DNA of 64,000 bases from Escherichia phage vB_EcoS_ESCO40. Positions 34,858 to 45,589 of this stretch are shown here, piece after piece. The notes beneath the pieces are model-generated. The model had not been told where the DNA came from, searched no databases, and saw nothing but the letters and a program-made list of their open reading frames with translations. The stretch lies in the sequence record NC_106514.1. One strand, 5' to 3'. A program made the translations under genes and the position numbers. Numbering within the stretch: position 1 is the stretch's first letter; each line of letters opens with the position of its first letter.

Positions 34858-35126
34858 CTAATTTTAAGACCTATGTCTACAAAGGCGGCTTCTCGGTAGT
34901 ATTGTGAGAGATGATACCCCTTATCCGATAAGGTTTTTAGTACCGATTTAGCGGCTCCTGGCATTTCTCTAGGATTATATAGCCACCTAGCGTAAGGATT
35001 ATCTCGAATAATTACTTCTGTATTTCCAGACTTAGCAGCTTCTACAATCTTTTCTTCTATAAACTTTAGAAATGCGGGTACTTCTGTTAATCCTGCAAGT
35101 TCTTGGGCTTCTTTGGCTGAAATCAT
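34845..35126 (-). CDS. hypothetical protein (93 aa)
   Basis: ORF. Confidence 0.5.
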   Translation of the reverse strand: MISAKEAQELAGLTEVPAFLKFIEEKIVEAAKSGNTEVIIRDNPYARWLYNPREMPGAAKSVLKTLSDKGYHLSQYYREAAFVDIGLKISWEV

Positions 35127-35148
35127 TGTATACCTCCAATTTATAAAA

Positions 35149-35177
35149 TATATTATATTTAAATTTCACTAAATAAG
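35149..35177 (-). promoter_or_regulatory. sigma70-type early promoter (T5 family)
   Basis: TTGCTT-17-TATAAT. Confidence 0.6.
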
Positions 35178-35180
35178 CAA

Positions 35181-35210
35181 ATGAAATTTAAATATAATAG
35201 CCCCGAAGGG
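35181..35210 (-). terminator. intrinsic terminator
   Basis: AGCCC-UUCG-GGGCU hairpin plus U-rich tract after thyA stop. Confidence 0.6.
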
Positions 35211-35219
35211 CTATTTAAG

Positions 35220-36059
35220 TTAAGAGGACATTTTAGCTTTAAGAGCTGGATGAGGATCGTACCCCTCTAAATGGAATGACCAAGCTGCCGTATTATTTTC
35301 TAGTAAGTCGTAAAGATCTACAAACTCTGGCATTACTAGAGTTGGCAGAGGGCGTGGCTTGCGTTTTACCTGTTCTTCTACCTGTTCCATGTGGTCATTA
35401 TAGATATGAGTATCACCGCCACTAAAGATAAGATAACGAGGTTTTAATCCTGTCAGTTTTGCTAATATATGCGTTAATAAAGCATAACTAGCAATATTGA
35501 AAGGTAAACCGAGGAAACAATCCACAGAGCGTTGTGTCCATTTAAGATCTAGGTATCCATCGTTACTTACATAGCACTGGAAGCCATAGTGACATGGTGG
35601 TAATGCCATTTTATCAAGTTCAGCTACGTTCCACGCAGAAACTAGGTGTCTACGACCATGTGGATTATTCTTGAGTCCCTCAATGAGTTCTAAAATCTGA
35701 TCTCGTCCGCCAAAGTTGCGCCATTGTTTACCATATACTGGTCCTAGATTACCATTGTCATAACCCATGCTTATAGCTTGGTCTTCATAATTTGGGGTCC
35801 AGATGGTCCACTGTCCTTCGTCACGACCAAATGTGAATACACGTAGATCATGAAGATTTGTGGAACCAGACAAGAACCATAAAAGTTCTCCTACTACTGA
35901 TTTCCAGGCCAGGCGTTTAGTAGTTACAGCCGGGAACCCTTCACGTAAATCGAACTTAGCATAGGAATCAAAAATTGAAACTGTGCCTGTTCCTGTACGG
36001 TCATTACGGGGTTCACCTAGTAAAATTACATCTGTCAAAATTTTTAAGTATTGTTGCAT
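35220..36059 (-). CDS. thyA: thymidylate synthase
   Basis: Active-site region ALPPCHYGFQCYV and YGKQWR motifs. Confidence 0.85.
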   Translation of the reverse strand: MQQYLKILTDVILLGEPRNDRTGTGTVSIFDSYAKFDLREGFPAVTTKRLAWKSVVGELLWFLSGSTNLHDLRVFTFGRDEGQWTIWTPNYEDQAISMGYDNGNLGPVYGKQWRNFGGRDQILELIEGLKNNPHGRRHLVSAWNVAELDKMALPPCHYGFQCYVSNDGYLDLKWTQRSVDCFLGLPFNIASYALLTHILAKLTGLKPRYLIFSGGDTHIYNDHMEQVEEQVKRKPRPLPTLVMPEFVDLYDLLENNTAAWSFHLEGYDPHPALKAKMSS

Positions 36060-36592
36060 TAATAAGTAACCAATTCCTGTACAAATCGCAGGCTGTTATC
36101 ACTGTTTGCGCCAACTGCATAGACTAATCGGGTGGATTCATAGTTATAATCCAGTATCATACTATCTAGGTGTATATCTGCCTCTAGCTTCTGTTCGCTA
36201 AAGATTGTAGATACAAAAGCACTTTCTATATGCCCATGTTGGTACATTTCTAGAAGAAGATTAGCTCCGCCTAGAACTACTGTTTGCTGATCTTTTAGAA
36301 AGGTAGGTAATGTATCACCTATCATTGATATGGGAGTGTAAATATCATGTGTAATATCGTCTGGCAATGGACGATCAGCACGAATAAATAGGTCAGAAGC
36401 TCCAATCATACGTTCCCTAACGGCATATGGAAGAGCTAAATAAGTACCAGCACCAATGATGATGTTATCTGGATTCAACACGTCCAGTTGAGAATAGAAA
36501 GCATCTAGTTCTTCTTTGAAGGAACCCCATGGAAGTTTACCACGGAGGCCGAACTCCCCATTCGGCCCAACTGCATATATTGCTGTAATCAT
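36059..36592 (-). CDS. frd: dihydrofolate reductase
   Basis: N-terminal IYAVGPNGEFGLRGKLPW; coupled to thyA and nrdB. Confidence 0.75.
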   Translation of the reverse strand: MITAIYAVGPNGEFGLRGKLPWGSFKEELDAFYSQLDVLNPDNIIIGAGTYLALPYAVRERMIGASDLFIRADRPLPDDITHDIYTPISMIGDTLPTFLKDQQTVVLGGANLLLEMYQHGHIESAFVSTIFSEQKLEADIHLDSMILDYNYESTRLVYAVGANSDNSLRFVQELVTY

Positions 36593-37734
36593 AAGAAATC
36601 TCCAAATTCATTACCCAGATCTTTCAGAGTATCAGTAGAGGTCTCAGTTACCTGACCTACACGGTAAGCTGCACCAATCTGGATTTCTTGCGGAGCAGGC
36701 TGTAGAGAAGTAGTATCCAACCAGTTCATGATCCACGGAATAGGGTTTTTGGTGATTACAGGCAGATTACTTGGCCATTCTACACCGATGTGCATAAATG
36801 CATTGCGCCCCACAAAGTACAGATATTCTTCTAGAAGTTCTGCATTCAAGCCAATCAGACTACGACCTTTGAAAATGAAATGACCCCATTCAATTTCAGT
36901 TTTCAGAGTTTTCAGGAGCTGTGCTGGTGCTTTAGCCACTGCCTCATCTACCAGATCTTTGTCAAATTGCTGAAACATAATCTGGATGATTGCTTTGGAC
37001 ATCTGAGTGTGCAGAGCTTCATCTTTAGCGATTAATTGCAGATTTTTAGCAATACCTTGCAGAATATCGTTCTCTGCTAATGCAAAGGTACATGCAAAGG
37101 ATGCGTAAAACTGCATTGCTTCCAGACCATAGATCGCAAAGTAAGCGTCTAATAGTTTAGCCTGAGTTTCACGTTTAACTTCAGGGAACTCAGTTTCTGG
37201 ATATGTATTGTCGCCACGATGATCGCGTACTGCAATGAAATACTGACCTAACTGGTACAGTTCATCGAATAGTTCAACAGAATCAGCGATGCGTGCGAAT
37301 GCTTCCTGGTTTTTGGTTACAGAATCAATAAATTCTGCTGGATCAGTCAACACATTACGAATAATATTACTATATGCACGGCTATGCAGATCTTCGAAGT
37401 AGCTCCACTGCTTGAGCATACCTTCCAATTCTGGACGACTTACAAGCGGCATAATAGCTGCTTCAGGAGCACGACTGATAAAGGAATCTGTTTGGGTCTG
37501 CCATGCTAAGTTCAGGAGTGTAATTTCCTGAATTTCACGTGGGAGGTTGGGCCATTGTTTCTTATCTGCTTCCAGACTGATTTCAGTTTCAGTCCAAAAT
37601 TGAGAGCGTTGCAGAAGTGCCAGACGCTCTAATTCTGGATGTGCTACACGCACATAATCTGCGATACCTAGAGAATCGCCCAGGAAAAGATCAGCGTTAG
37701 TATGATCCCAATTCAGGTTTAGTAAAGTAGTCAT
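36589..37734 (-). CDS. nrdB: ribonucleotide reductase small subunit (class I)
   Basis: Length and di-iron R2-like sequence; adjacent to large subunit. Confidence 0.8.
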   Translation of the reverse strand: MTTLLNLNWDHTNADLFLGDSLGIADYVRVAHPELERLALLQRSQFWTETEISLEADKKQWPNLPREIQEITLLNLAWQTQTDSFISRAPEAAIMPLVSRPELEGMLKQWSYFEDLHSRAYSNIIRNVLTDPAEFIDSVTKNQEAFARIADSVELFDELYQLGQYFIAVRDHRGDNTYPETEFPEVKRETQAKLLDAYFAIYGLEAMQFYASFACTFALAENDILQGIAKNLQLIAKDEALHTQMSKAIIQIMFQQFDKDLVDEAVAKAPAQLLKTLKTEIEWGHFIFKGRSLIGLNAELLEEYLYFVGRNAFMHIGVEWPSNLPVITKNPIPWIMNWLDTTSLQPAPQEIQIGAAYRVGQVTETSTDTLKDLGNEFGDFL

Positions 37735-37765
37735 TGATTTTCCTCTTTCTCACTATTTCAGGAAT

Positions 37766-37794
37766 ATTATAGCAAATCAGGTAGCGATTAGCAA
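37766..37794 (-). promoter_or_regulatory. sigma70-type early promoter (T5 family)
   Basis: TTGCTA-17-TATAAT. Confidence 0.6.
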
Positions 37795-37804
37795 GTAAAA
37801 TTTC

Positions 37805-37832
37805 AAAGAAAAAGGAGACCCGAAGATCTCCT
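37805..37832 (-). terminator. intrinsic terminator
   Basis: aggaga / tctcct stem with U-run after nrdA stop. Confidence 0.55.
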
Positions 37833-37840
37833 TGTTTTTA

Positions 37841-40172
37841 TTAAATAGTACAACCACCGGATGCACAACCTGCTGCTTCTTCTCCAGCACCTCCACCATT
37901 TGCGGTATTGAAGTTAGCATAATACCAAGTTTTCCACCCATACTTAACAGCAGTCATGAAATCACGAACTACTACTGGGCCAGGAATAATTTCATTCTCA
38001 AACTTGGTGTAGTCATAGTACATATTCGTGCTGATAGACTGACTGAAGAATTTCTGCATAGTTGCTACCCATTTGATCCACTCGATACGATCTACATCAT
38101 AAGCCAATTTATAGCTCATTAACGTTTCCCAATCGGTTGCACCTGGAGCAATTGCAATTACTTTATTTACTGCACTACCTTTGATAGATACAATCTTACG
38201 AGGTGGTTCGATAGAGTTAGTAACACCTAACAGAACAGAAGAACTTTCTCCCGGCATCTGAGCAGTCAGAACAGAGTTACGCATACCATATTTCATAATA
38301 TCTGCACGCAGAGACTCCCAATCCATTTCTAGACCTACGGATACCAGTTCATCAACAGTTTTCTTGTACGTGTCGATTACCAGAATTCCTTTAGATGGTT
38401 TAGTACGATCAAACCACTCACATGCGCCCTGTTCTTTAGCCAGGCGTACGGAGGCTTTATGCAGGAAGTAAGATAGTTTTTCAGCCTCACGGTGGATCCA
38501 GTTACGAGCTTCAATACCTTCGTAAGCCAGACCTTCTGCTGCCATTGCACCTGCTGCGTTCATTAGTCCAATACCAACATTACGACGTTTCTTAGCCGTA
38601 TATTCCATAGTTGGGAACGGATAATCCTGAATTTCAATAATTGTATCAACGAATTTCAGAAGGATGTAGCAAGTTTTTTCCCACTCAGCCAGAGATTCCA
38701 TGCGTCCTAGTACAACACCACCTAAGTTGCACAGAGATACTTCACCAATATCCTCCGGCTTCATTTGATCAAGTTGTTCTTTTGTTTTATACAGTTCCGT
38801 GATATGATGGAACGGACGTGTAGGCTGAGTAATTTCAACACAAAGGTTTGTCATACGGATCGGATCAAGGAAGTTACCGTGACGATTAGATTCCCCGATG
38901 TGGTGAGCATACATACGTCCTGTTTCCATTCGGATACGTAGCCAAGTATCTAGGATTTCTTTTGCAGAGACTTTAGGAGCTGCTGGAACTGTTTTTCCTT
39001 CGTGGTCGATCTTTGTAAGAGATGCCACACGTTTCTCCGCTGCCACATAGATTTCTTCAAATTTAGCCTCGTCATCACTATAAAACGCTTCATGAACTTC
39101 TGGAGCATAGAAGTATGACATTAGCGTAATATCTTCATTTTTCAGATAACGTTTTAACAAAAGATTGTTGAAGCTCAGAGAATAATCCATCTTATCGATT
39201 TTATTCTCATCTGTAGCACGTTGCTGCTTAACCTGCATCAATTGAATGATTTCAGGGTCAAAGTATGGATAAGACACTGTAGCAGAACCACCACGAGTTT
39301 GCTGAGTATTGGCCTTTACTGAGCGGTCAATGTGTCGATAATATGGCAGTTTTCCGGAATGCGGGAATGCCCCATTTCGCACCGGATCAGCAATTGATCG
39401 GCTTTCAAGATGATACCCGATTCCCGCTCTGGCTGCGACCATTTTGAAGACGATGTGCTCGGCTGTGTCGATTGAATCCAATGTGTCAGTGGAATCCACG
39501 AGGCAACAACTAGCAAATCCACGATCACTAGAGCGCAAGCCAACCAATGGCGGCGTAGGAATGTTGATTTTGTGTAGCGACATTGCGTTGTAGAGGTCGA
39601 TTGCATCTAGAATTGTCCAATTAGGTTGAGATAACATCGCCATTGCCATACCCATATAGGCGAATTGCGGGGTTTCGTAAATTTCGCCAGTTGCGATATT
39701 ACGACGGGAATACTTATCAAAGAATTGTTTCAATCCTCCGCTAGTGAAAAGACGGTCGCGATCATGGTCGATAACCTGATTCAGAGCTTCAAATTGCTCA
39801 TCGGTAATCCATGCACTCATGTCTTCCCATGCACCTACACTAACCATATGATCGTGGAAGAAGCGTAGAGAAGGTGGTTCGAAGGAATCATAAAGGCGTT
39901 TACGCATCTGCGCAAGACGTAATTCCTTTGCTGGCACGTCGTATGCTGGATTATCTTTGATAAGACTTTCAGCAGCTTTAATTAAAGCATCCATCAGAGT
40001 GTCGGAATCTACAACCCCTTTAGGCAGAGTTTTTTGAGCAGCCATAGTAATGGCTGACCAACTTACATCAACTGTTTTGCAGCCATACTCTGCCCAACCA
40101 TTGAGTTTTTCAGGAGCAAAGTCTTCTACAGTACCGTCACGTTTAATTACTTTTTCAATGCGATGGCTCATT
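37841..40172 (-). CDS. nrdA: ribonucleotide reductase large subunit (class I)
   Basis: N-terminal ATP-cone (RVIKRDGT...); start at ATG 40172 with RBS AAGGAAAA rather than track start 40276. Confidence 0.85.
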
Positions 40173-40315
40173 TGGTTTTCCTTTTTATAGTTATCAGGAT
40201 TTAGGAAATAGTTTACTTTATTCTCAGTCATTTGGCAAATAAAATTTTCTGATAGAAAAGGCCCGAGTATTTTCATACCCAGGCCTTCTGTGTTGTCAGT
40301 CTAGTTTTTGGCCAC

Positions 40316-40513
40316 TTAAGTTCTCAGCAGAATATCTATTGAGGTACTTAGTTCATTATAATTGAAGGGCCGATTTGGATTTGAGGTTACAATTTTCCAC
40401 GCTAGGGTAGTCTTAGGACTTTCTTCCCCTTCCTTACGTGTAATCATATTAGCAGCACTCAGTGAAGTACGATGTATTTTAGTTTTACGGTGTAGATGTA
40501 CGACGTTTCCCAT
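40316..40513 (-). CDS. small basic protein (about 65 aa)
   Basis: RBS GGGGAAGG before internal ATG at 40513; track ORF extends into phoH. Confidence 0.35.
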   Translation of the reverse strand: MGNVVHLHRKTKIHRTSLSAANMITRKEGEESPKTTLAWKIVTSNPNRPFNYNELSTSIDILLRT

Positions 40514-40514
40514 A

Positions 40515-41276
40515 TTACACCTTCCCCATGTCTTTAAAAATATCATAGAATGCTTTAGACTCAACAGAACGAACGTTATCAATCAATTCGATCATTGAGA
40601 ATGGGGCATTTTCGTATTTCTCATAGACTTCCATAAGTAGTGCTAGACCTGAGTCACCTTTAATGTCTTTCTGAGCTATATCTCCGCAGATAATTAAACG
40701 GCAGTCTTGTCCTACACGAGTTAGGAGACAAACCATTGCCTCAACGGAAATATTCTGAGCTTCATCGACAATTACATAGGAGTTGTTGAAAGTTCTGCCA
40801 CGAGCATGTTCTATAGCCAAAAATTTAATTTTCTGACGTTCGACATATCCCTTATAGGCATGATCACCGATGGCCCATTTCATACCATCAGCTATTGGCT
40901 CTAACCAAGGCTCTAGCTTTTCCGCTAGATCACCAGGAAGCATACCAAGAGACTTACCTAGAGGTTCATTAGGACGTACGAGGATCACTTGCTCAATATC
41001 TGAGTGAATGTCTACGAGTTCCTGAGCTGCAAGAACAGACGGGATAAAGGTTTTACCAGTACCTGGCTCCCCGATACCCACAGTCACTGTGTTGTTCTTG
41101 ATCATATTGATATATGATTTTTGCTCGCGGTTTTTACCTACTAGGGATTTAGCAACTGGGTTAGCGTAATCATTAGAAAAATCAGCCTGAATTACGTTAT
41201 TCTCATATTTGTTGCCACGCTTTCTTGAACCATTGCGGTTCTCTCTTTTTTGACGTGCTTTTCCCATAAATAACAC
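40515..41276 (-). CDS. phoH: PhoH-like ATPase
   Basis: Walker A GEPGTGKTF and PhoH-like length. Confidence 0.8.
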   Translation of the reverse strand: MLFMGKARQKRENRNGSRKRGNKYENNVIQADFSNDYANPVAKSLVGKNREQKSYINMIKNNTVTVGIGEPGTGKTFIPSVLAAQELVDIHSDIEQVILVRPNEPLGKSLGMLPGDLAEKLEPWLEPIADGMKWAIGDHAYKGYVERQKIKFLAIEHARGRTFNNSYVIVDEAQNISVEAMVCLLTRVGQDCRLIICGDIAQKDIKGDSGLALLMEVYEKYENAPFSMIELIDNVRSVESKAFYDIFKDMGKV

Positions 41277-41353
41277 TCCTATAGTGTACTTCGCTTCTAA
41301 CAGAGGATCAACAAAGAGATCTTGTTTATCAACTTACAAATATATTATAACAA

Positions 41354-41382
41354 GGTTTACAGCAAAAAGCAAGTATAATTTT
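41354..41382 (-). promoter_or_regulatory. sigma70-type early promoter (T5 family), leftward arm of divergent pair
   Basis: TTGCTT-17-TATAAT. Confidence 0.6.
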
Positions 41383-41544
41383 AAATAAACCTATGATATT
41401 GCTTTTAAGTAAAAAATTTACTTGCTTATAAAGGTAGAAATATGATACTAGATAATCATTTATTTATATGTAAAGATATTATGCTGTATAGCATCGATAA
41501 AAATTGATAAAAATCAAAAGTCAAATAGTATTAGAAAAATGTAG

Positions 41545-41573
41545 TTGACTTATGGGGTGGAATTGTGTATAAT
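41545..41573 (+). promoter_or_regulatory. sigma70 promoter, rightward arm of divergent pair
   Basis: TTGACT-17-TATAAT on plus strand. Confidence 0.6.
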
Positions 41574-41594
41574 ATATGAATTAAGGAGAATTTA

Positions 41595-42266
41595 ATGGTA
41601 AGAAAGAAAATAACTACAGAAGATGTGAACTTAACACTTGCTCCCAGAGGAATAATTATGCTAAGCACGTATATATCAGCTAAATCCAATGCTATATTTA
41701 AGTGCTCTAATGGACATAGTTGGGAGGCTAGAGTAGATAATGTAAAAGGTGGGAGAGGTTGCCCTTATTGTGCTAGTCGTACTTTAGATCTTAAAGAGGT
41801 AAGTGAATCCTTAGCTGCTCGTGGAATAAAGATGGAAGGTAAATACATCAATTCTAAGAGTAAAATTATGTTCAGCTGTGAGAATAATCATAGGTGGGAG
41901 TCTACACTTGATAGTGTTAGAAACCATAGTTCTGGTTGTCCTATATGTTTATTAGAGAAGGATAATTATCCTACTAGCGTATATATTTTAATAAGTAATG
42001 TGGGAACCAAAATAGGAGTGTCTAGCAGAACTAAAGATAGACTCAGAGATATTAAAACTTCTTCTAACATACATGATTTAAAAATATTTAAGGAATATAG
42101 CTTTTCAGATAGATCAAAAGCTATGCGTATTGAAAGAGAGGCCCATTTACAGTTTAAGGAATATAATTGTCAGTACAAAGATTTTGATGGTGCTACAGAA
42201 TTTTTTAATATTGAGCCAGAAGTAGTAGCAAGGTTTATTGAGGAAATAATTAATGACAGAGAATGA
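41595..42266 (+). CDS. zinc-ribbon repeat protein with GIY-YIG-like C-terminal domain
   Basis: Two repeats of ...C.NGH.WE......CPYC/CPIC, then YILISNVG...RLRDIK; overlaps nrdD start. Confidence 0.55.
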   Translation: MVRKKITTEDVNLTLAPRGIIMLSTYISAKSNAIFKCSNGHSWEARVDNVKGGRGCPYCASRTLDLKEVSESLAARGIKMEGKYINSKSKIMFSCENNHRWESTLDSVRNHSSGCPICLLEKDNYPTSVYILISNVGTKIGVSSRTKDRLRDIKTSSNIHDLKIFKEYSFSDRSKAMRIEREAHLQFKEYNCQYKDFDGATEFFNIEPEVVARFIEEIINDRE

Positions 42267-44079
42267 ATTAATTGAGAATTGCAAAGGTCTGCTCACTCTA
42301 ACTGCGGATAAGGACTTACAGCATAATAATGCTAATAAGCCTAGTGAGATGTTCCATACTCAAAGAGACTTATTAGCTGGGGAAATTAACAAGTATTTAG
42401 TATCGCAAGAATTACCTAAACACCTGTTAGACGCACATAATCTAGGTAAAATACACATTCATGACATGGACTACAGAGCACAAGGGTACACCAACTGTTG
42501 CTTAGTAGATCTAGGCGGTATGCTGAAAAATGGCACTAAAATTGGTAACGCAAATATTGAAACCCCTAAATCCATAACTACTGCATGCGCGATTACTGCT
42601 CAGATTATTGCTCAAGTATCGGGTGCTCAGTATGGTGGCACCTCTATTGATCGTATCGATGAGGTTTTAGCCCCCTATGTCAGAAAGTCTTATGATAAAC
42701 ACCTGGGTCGTGGGCTACGTTGGCTCAAGGATGAAAGAAAAGCTGCTGTGTATGCTACTGAGCTTACTGAAAAAGAGTGTTATGATGCATTCCAAGCCCT
42801 AGAGTATGAAACTAATTCATTATTTAACTCTAATGGGCAGACCCCTTTTGTTACGCTTGGCTTTGGATTAGGTCAAGAGTGGGAGGAAAGGATGATTCAG
42901 AAAGCCATCCTCCAAAATCGTATTAAAGGTTTAGGTGCTGCTGAGTCAACCCCTATCTTCCCTAAACTAGTATTCTCAGTTAAAGAAGGGTTAAATAAAA
43001 ATCCAGGTGATCCTAACTATGATATAAAACAGCTAGCACTTGAGTGTTCTGCTACTCGTATGTATCCAGACTATTTAAGTTACGAGAGAGTTGTAGCTGT
43101 TACTGGTGATTTTAAAGCCCCTATGGGTTGTCGTAGTTTTTTATCTGCTATCCCCTCTGGAGAAATTGCAGGGCGTAATAATTTAGGTGTTGTGTCTATC
43201 AATCTACCTATGGTTGCTGCTGAGGCAGATGGAGTTTTTGAAGATTTCTGGGATATTCTAGACAAATATGTGGATGAGGCTTTTGAAGCGCATGACTTCT
43301 TCTTAAACAGACTGAAGAAAGTTAAGGCTAAACAAGCCCCTATTCTTTATATGCACGGTGGTTTTGGTGTACGTTTAGAAGGGGAAGAATATGTATGGCC
43401 TATTTTTGAGGGTAGATCCTCTGTATCTCTTGGGTATATTGGGGTCTATGAGATGTGCCAAATAATGTTTAGTTTACCACAGACTCATAGGGACTGTATT
43501 GAATTTACAGAGGAAGTTCTCACTCACTTAAAAAATCGTTGCGAAGTTAAAGCTAATGAGACTAATCTTGGGTTTAGCTTGTATGCTACTCCTAGTGAGT
43601 CTCTGTGTAATCGCTTTAATAAATTACTGGAGCGTAGATTCCCAGAGTATTCTTGGTTAACAGACAAAGGCTATCTTACTAATAGTCACCATTTGGACGT
43701 AAGAGAGAAGGTAGCCCCAGATACTAAATTTGAGTACGAAGCTCATTTTACCAAAATAGCTAATGGGGGTAATATATCGTTTGTGGAATTACCACAAATG
43801 AAAAAATTCCATAAAGCTCTTGAATACGTAGTAGATAAGGGACTAGAGTGTAGCCATTATATCGGTGTTAATATACCGATTGACGAGTGTTTCAACTGCG
43901 GATATATGGGTGAATCTATTGCCTCTGAGCGTGGGTTTGTATGTCCAAGTTGTGGGTCTGAAGAAATAGAGGTTACACGTAGGGTTTGCGGGTACCTGGG
44001 ATCCCCGGGCAGTAGGCCTTTCAATTCTGGGAAACAAAAAGAAGTGCTTGGTAGAGTAAAACACTTAAATCTTAAGTAA
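42253..44079 (+). CDS. nrdD: anaerobic ribonucleoside-triphosphate reductase (class III)
   Basis: C-terminal zinc-ribbon CFNCGY...CPSCGS and glycyl-radical motif RVCGYLG. Confidence 0.85.
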   Translation: MTENELIENCKGLLTLTADKDLQHNNANKPSEMFHTQRDLLAGEINKYLVSQELPKHLLDAHNLGKIHIHDMDYRAQGYTNCCLVDLGGMLKNGTKIGNANIETPKSITTACAITAQIIAQVSGAQYGGTSIDRIDEVLAPYVRKSYDKHLGRGLRWLKDERKAAVYATELTEKECYDAFQALEYETNSLFNSNGQTPFVTLGFGLGQEWEERMIQKAILQNRIKGLGAAESTPIFPKLVFSVKEGLNKNPGDPNYDIKQLALECSATRMYPDYLSYERVVAVTGDFKAPMGCRSFLSAIPSGEIAGRNNLGVVSINLPMVAAEADGVFEDFWDILDKYVDEAFEAHDFFLNRLKKVKAKQAPILYMHGGFGVRLEGEEYVWPIFEGRSSVSLGYIGVYEMCQIMFSLPQTHRDCIEFTEEVLTHLKNRCEVKANETNLGFSLYATPSESLCNRFNKLLERRFPEYSWLTDKGYLTNSHHLDVREKVAPDTKFEYEAHFTKIANGGNISFVELPQMKKFHKALEYVVDKGLECSHYIGVNIPIDECFNCGYMGESIASERGFVCPSCGSEEIEVTRRVCGYLGSPGSRPFNSGKQKEVLGRVKHLNLK

Positions 44080-44087
44080 GCTAATCA

Positions 44088-44120
44088 GCCAGGTTGCTAG
44101 TCGACCTGGCTTTTATTTTA
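44088..44120 (+). terminator. intrinsic terminator
   Basis: gccaggt / acctggc stem plus T-run. Confidence 0.6.
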
Positions 44121-44121
44121 T

Positions 44122-44150
44122 TTGCTTTCAGCCAAAAATTTATATATAAT
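44122..44150 (+). promoter_or_regulatory. sigma70-type early promoter (T5 family)
   Basis: TTGCTT-17-TATAAT with conserved leader. Confidence 0.6.
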
Positions 44151-44178
44151 AGATTTATAAATTTGAGAGGAGAAGACT

Positions 44179-44460
44179 ATGAGCGAATTGCTTCCTAAAG
44201 TAGATGTTTCTCATCTTGGAGAGCCTAGTGAAGAACGTAAGGCTCTTGATTGGCTAGGTTACTTTGATTATCGTCGTGTTGTTGCAACATGGAATGATAA
44301 GAAAGTTAAGAAGTTTCGGGTACATTATGTAGGTAAAGACAAGTGGCTCTGGATTGATTATGAGGAATCGAAGGGGTCTACTAAGGCTGTGAAAATTTAT
44401 TGTATGTATGGGTATTATTATGCTCACTGTGATAAGAATGAATTTACAGTACAGAACTAA
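44179..44460 (+). CDS. hypothetical protein (93 aa)
   Basis: ORF behind conserved leader RBS. Confidence 0.5.
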   Translation: MSELLPKVDVSHLGEPSEERKALDWLGYFDYRRVVATWNDKKVKKFRVHYVGKDKWLWIDYEESKGSTKAVKIYCMYGYYYAHCDKNEFTVQN

Positions 44461-44469
44461 GGAACAAGA

Positions 44470-44700
44470 ATGAAAGACGTAAAACATCTTAAATATCGCT
44501 TAATCTATAATGGACGTATGGAAACTGAGGAGCTAGCTCAATTAGCTACTAACTCTAATGAGGTTATGGTGCGTGCGCTAGCAATTGAAAAGTTGCGTGC
44601 TTCTTATGAAAGTCGTATTATGCGACTGGAGGAAACCCTTTATGGACTTCTTGAATCAGAGGCTAAAAGTAACCCAGAGGATGGGCCTTCTAAGCAATAG
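44470..44700 (+). CDS. hypothetical protein (76 aa)
   Basis: ORF. Confidence 0.5.
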   Translation: MKDVKHLKYRLIYNGRMETEELAQLATNSNEVMVRALAIEKLRASYESRIMRLEETLYGLLESEAKSNPEDGPSKQ

Positions 44701-44752
44701 AGGGTAACTTTACCCAAAATATTATCAAAGGACTCAAGAGAGGAATCATATA

Positions 44753-45589
44753 ATGCGTAGATTAATTATTATTAGTGGTGCAGGTTTGAGTGTTGAAAGT
44801 GGTGTACGAGCCTTCCGTACTGATACTGCTAGTGGTAAAGCATTGTGGGATGATTATGATCTAGAAGAGGTGTGTAATATTCATGCCTTTCGTGGTAATT
44901 TTTACCATAAAACTCACGCATTTTACAATAAACGTCGTGAAGAGTTAGAAACTGTTGAACCTAATCTTGCACACTTGCGTATTGGTGAATGGTATAAACA
45001 ATACCCAGGTCAGGTAGTAAACTTGACTACCAACGTTGATGACCTTATTGAGCGTGCTGGTGTTCCGCATAGTGACATTCTGCACATTCACGGATACTTA
45101 AAAGAGGTTGTTGTAGCTGATAGCTACAATAGTAGCAATAAACGAATTATTGATGTTGGGTATAGCTCTATTGACCCAGATGATTATAAGTGGGTTAAAC
45201 CTAATGTAATCTTCTTCGGAGAACATGCTCCAGCATACGCGGAGATGTACAATGTTTTTGATGGTATTACCAGTCAAGATATGATTGTGGTGGTTGGTTG
45301 CTCTAACCAAGTAATTAACTTCTACTGGGAATTATTCCCTGTTCTTAATCGGACTGCTGCGAAACTTATGGTAGTTAACTACTACGATAGTGCCTTAGCG
45401 GCGGAACCAGGCTATCAAGGTATGACTCGTAGTGATATGTACCAACTGGAAGATCGTGATATTCCTTACTGGAGTAAAGGTGCGGTAGATGCTTTCAGTG
45501 ACCCTGGTTTTATCGCTCGTGTAGAAGCTCATCTAGAGGGTAGACCTTATATGCCGGAGAGAAGGGGAAACAGATATGTCCATAGTTAA
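44753..45589 (+). CDS. Sir2-like NAD-binding protein (no zinc ribbon)
   Basis: GAGLSVESGVRAFR and TTNVDDL...LHIHGY motifs; no CxxC zinc module seen. Confidence 0.65.
   Translation: MRRLIIISGAGLSVESGVRAFRTDTASGKALWDDYDLEEVCNIHAFRGNFYHKTHAFYNKRREELETVEPNLAHLRIGEWYKQYPGQVVNLTTNVDDLIERAGVPHSDILHIHGYLKEVVVADSYNSSNKRIIDVGYSSIDPDDYKWVKPNVIFFGEHAPAYAEMYNVFDGITSQDMIVVVGCSNQVINFYWELFPVLNRTAAKLMVVNYYDSALAAEPGYQGMTRSDMYQLEDRDIPYWSKGAVDAFSDPGFIARVEAHLEGRPYMPERRGNRYVHS

Noticed and set aside
40173-40276. N-terminal extension of nrdA in the track ORF
   Set aside because: RBS AAGGAAAA directly precedes ATG 40172 and class I large subunits begin at the ATP-cone
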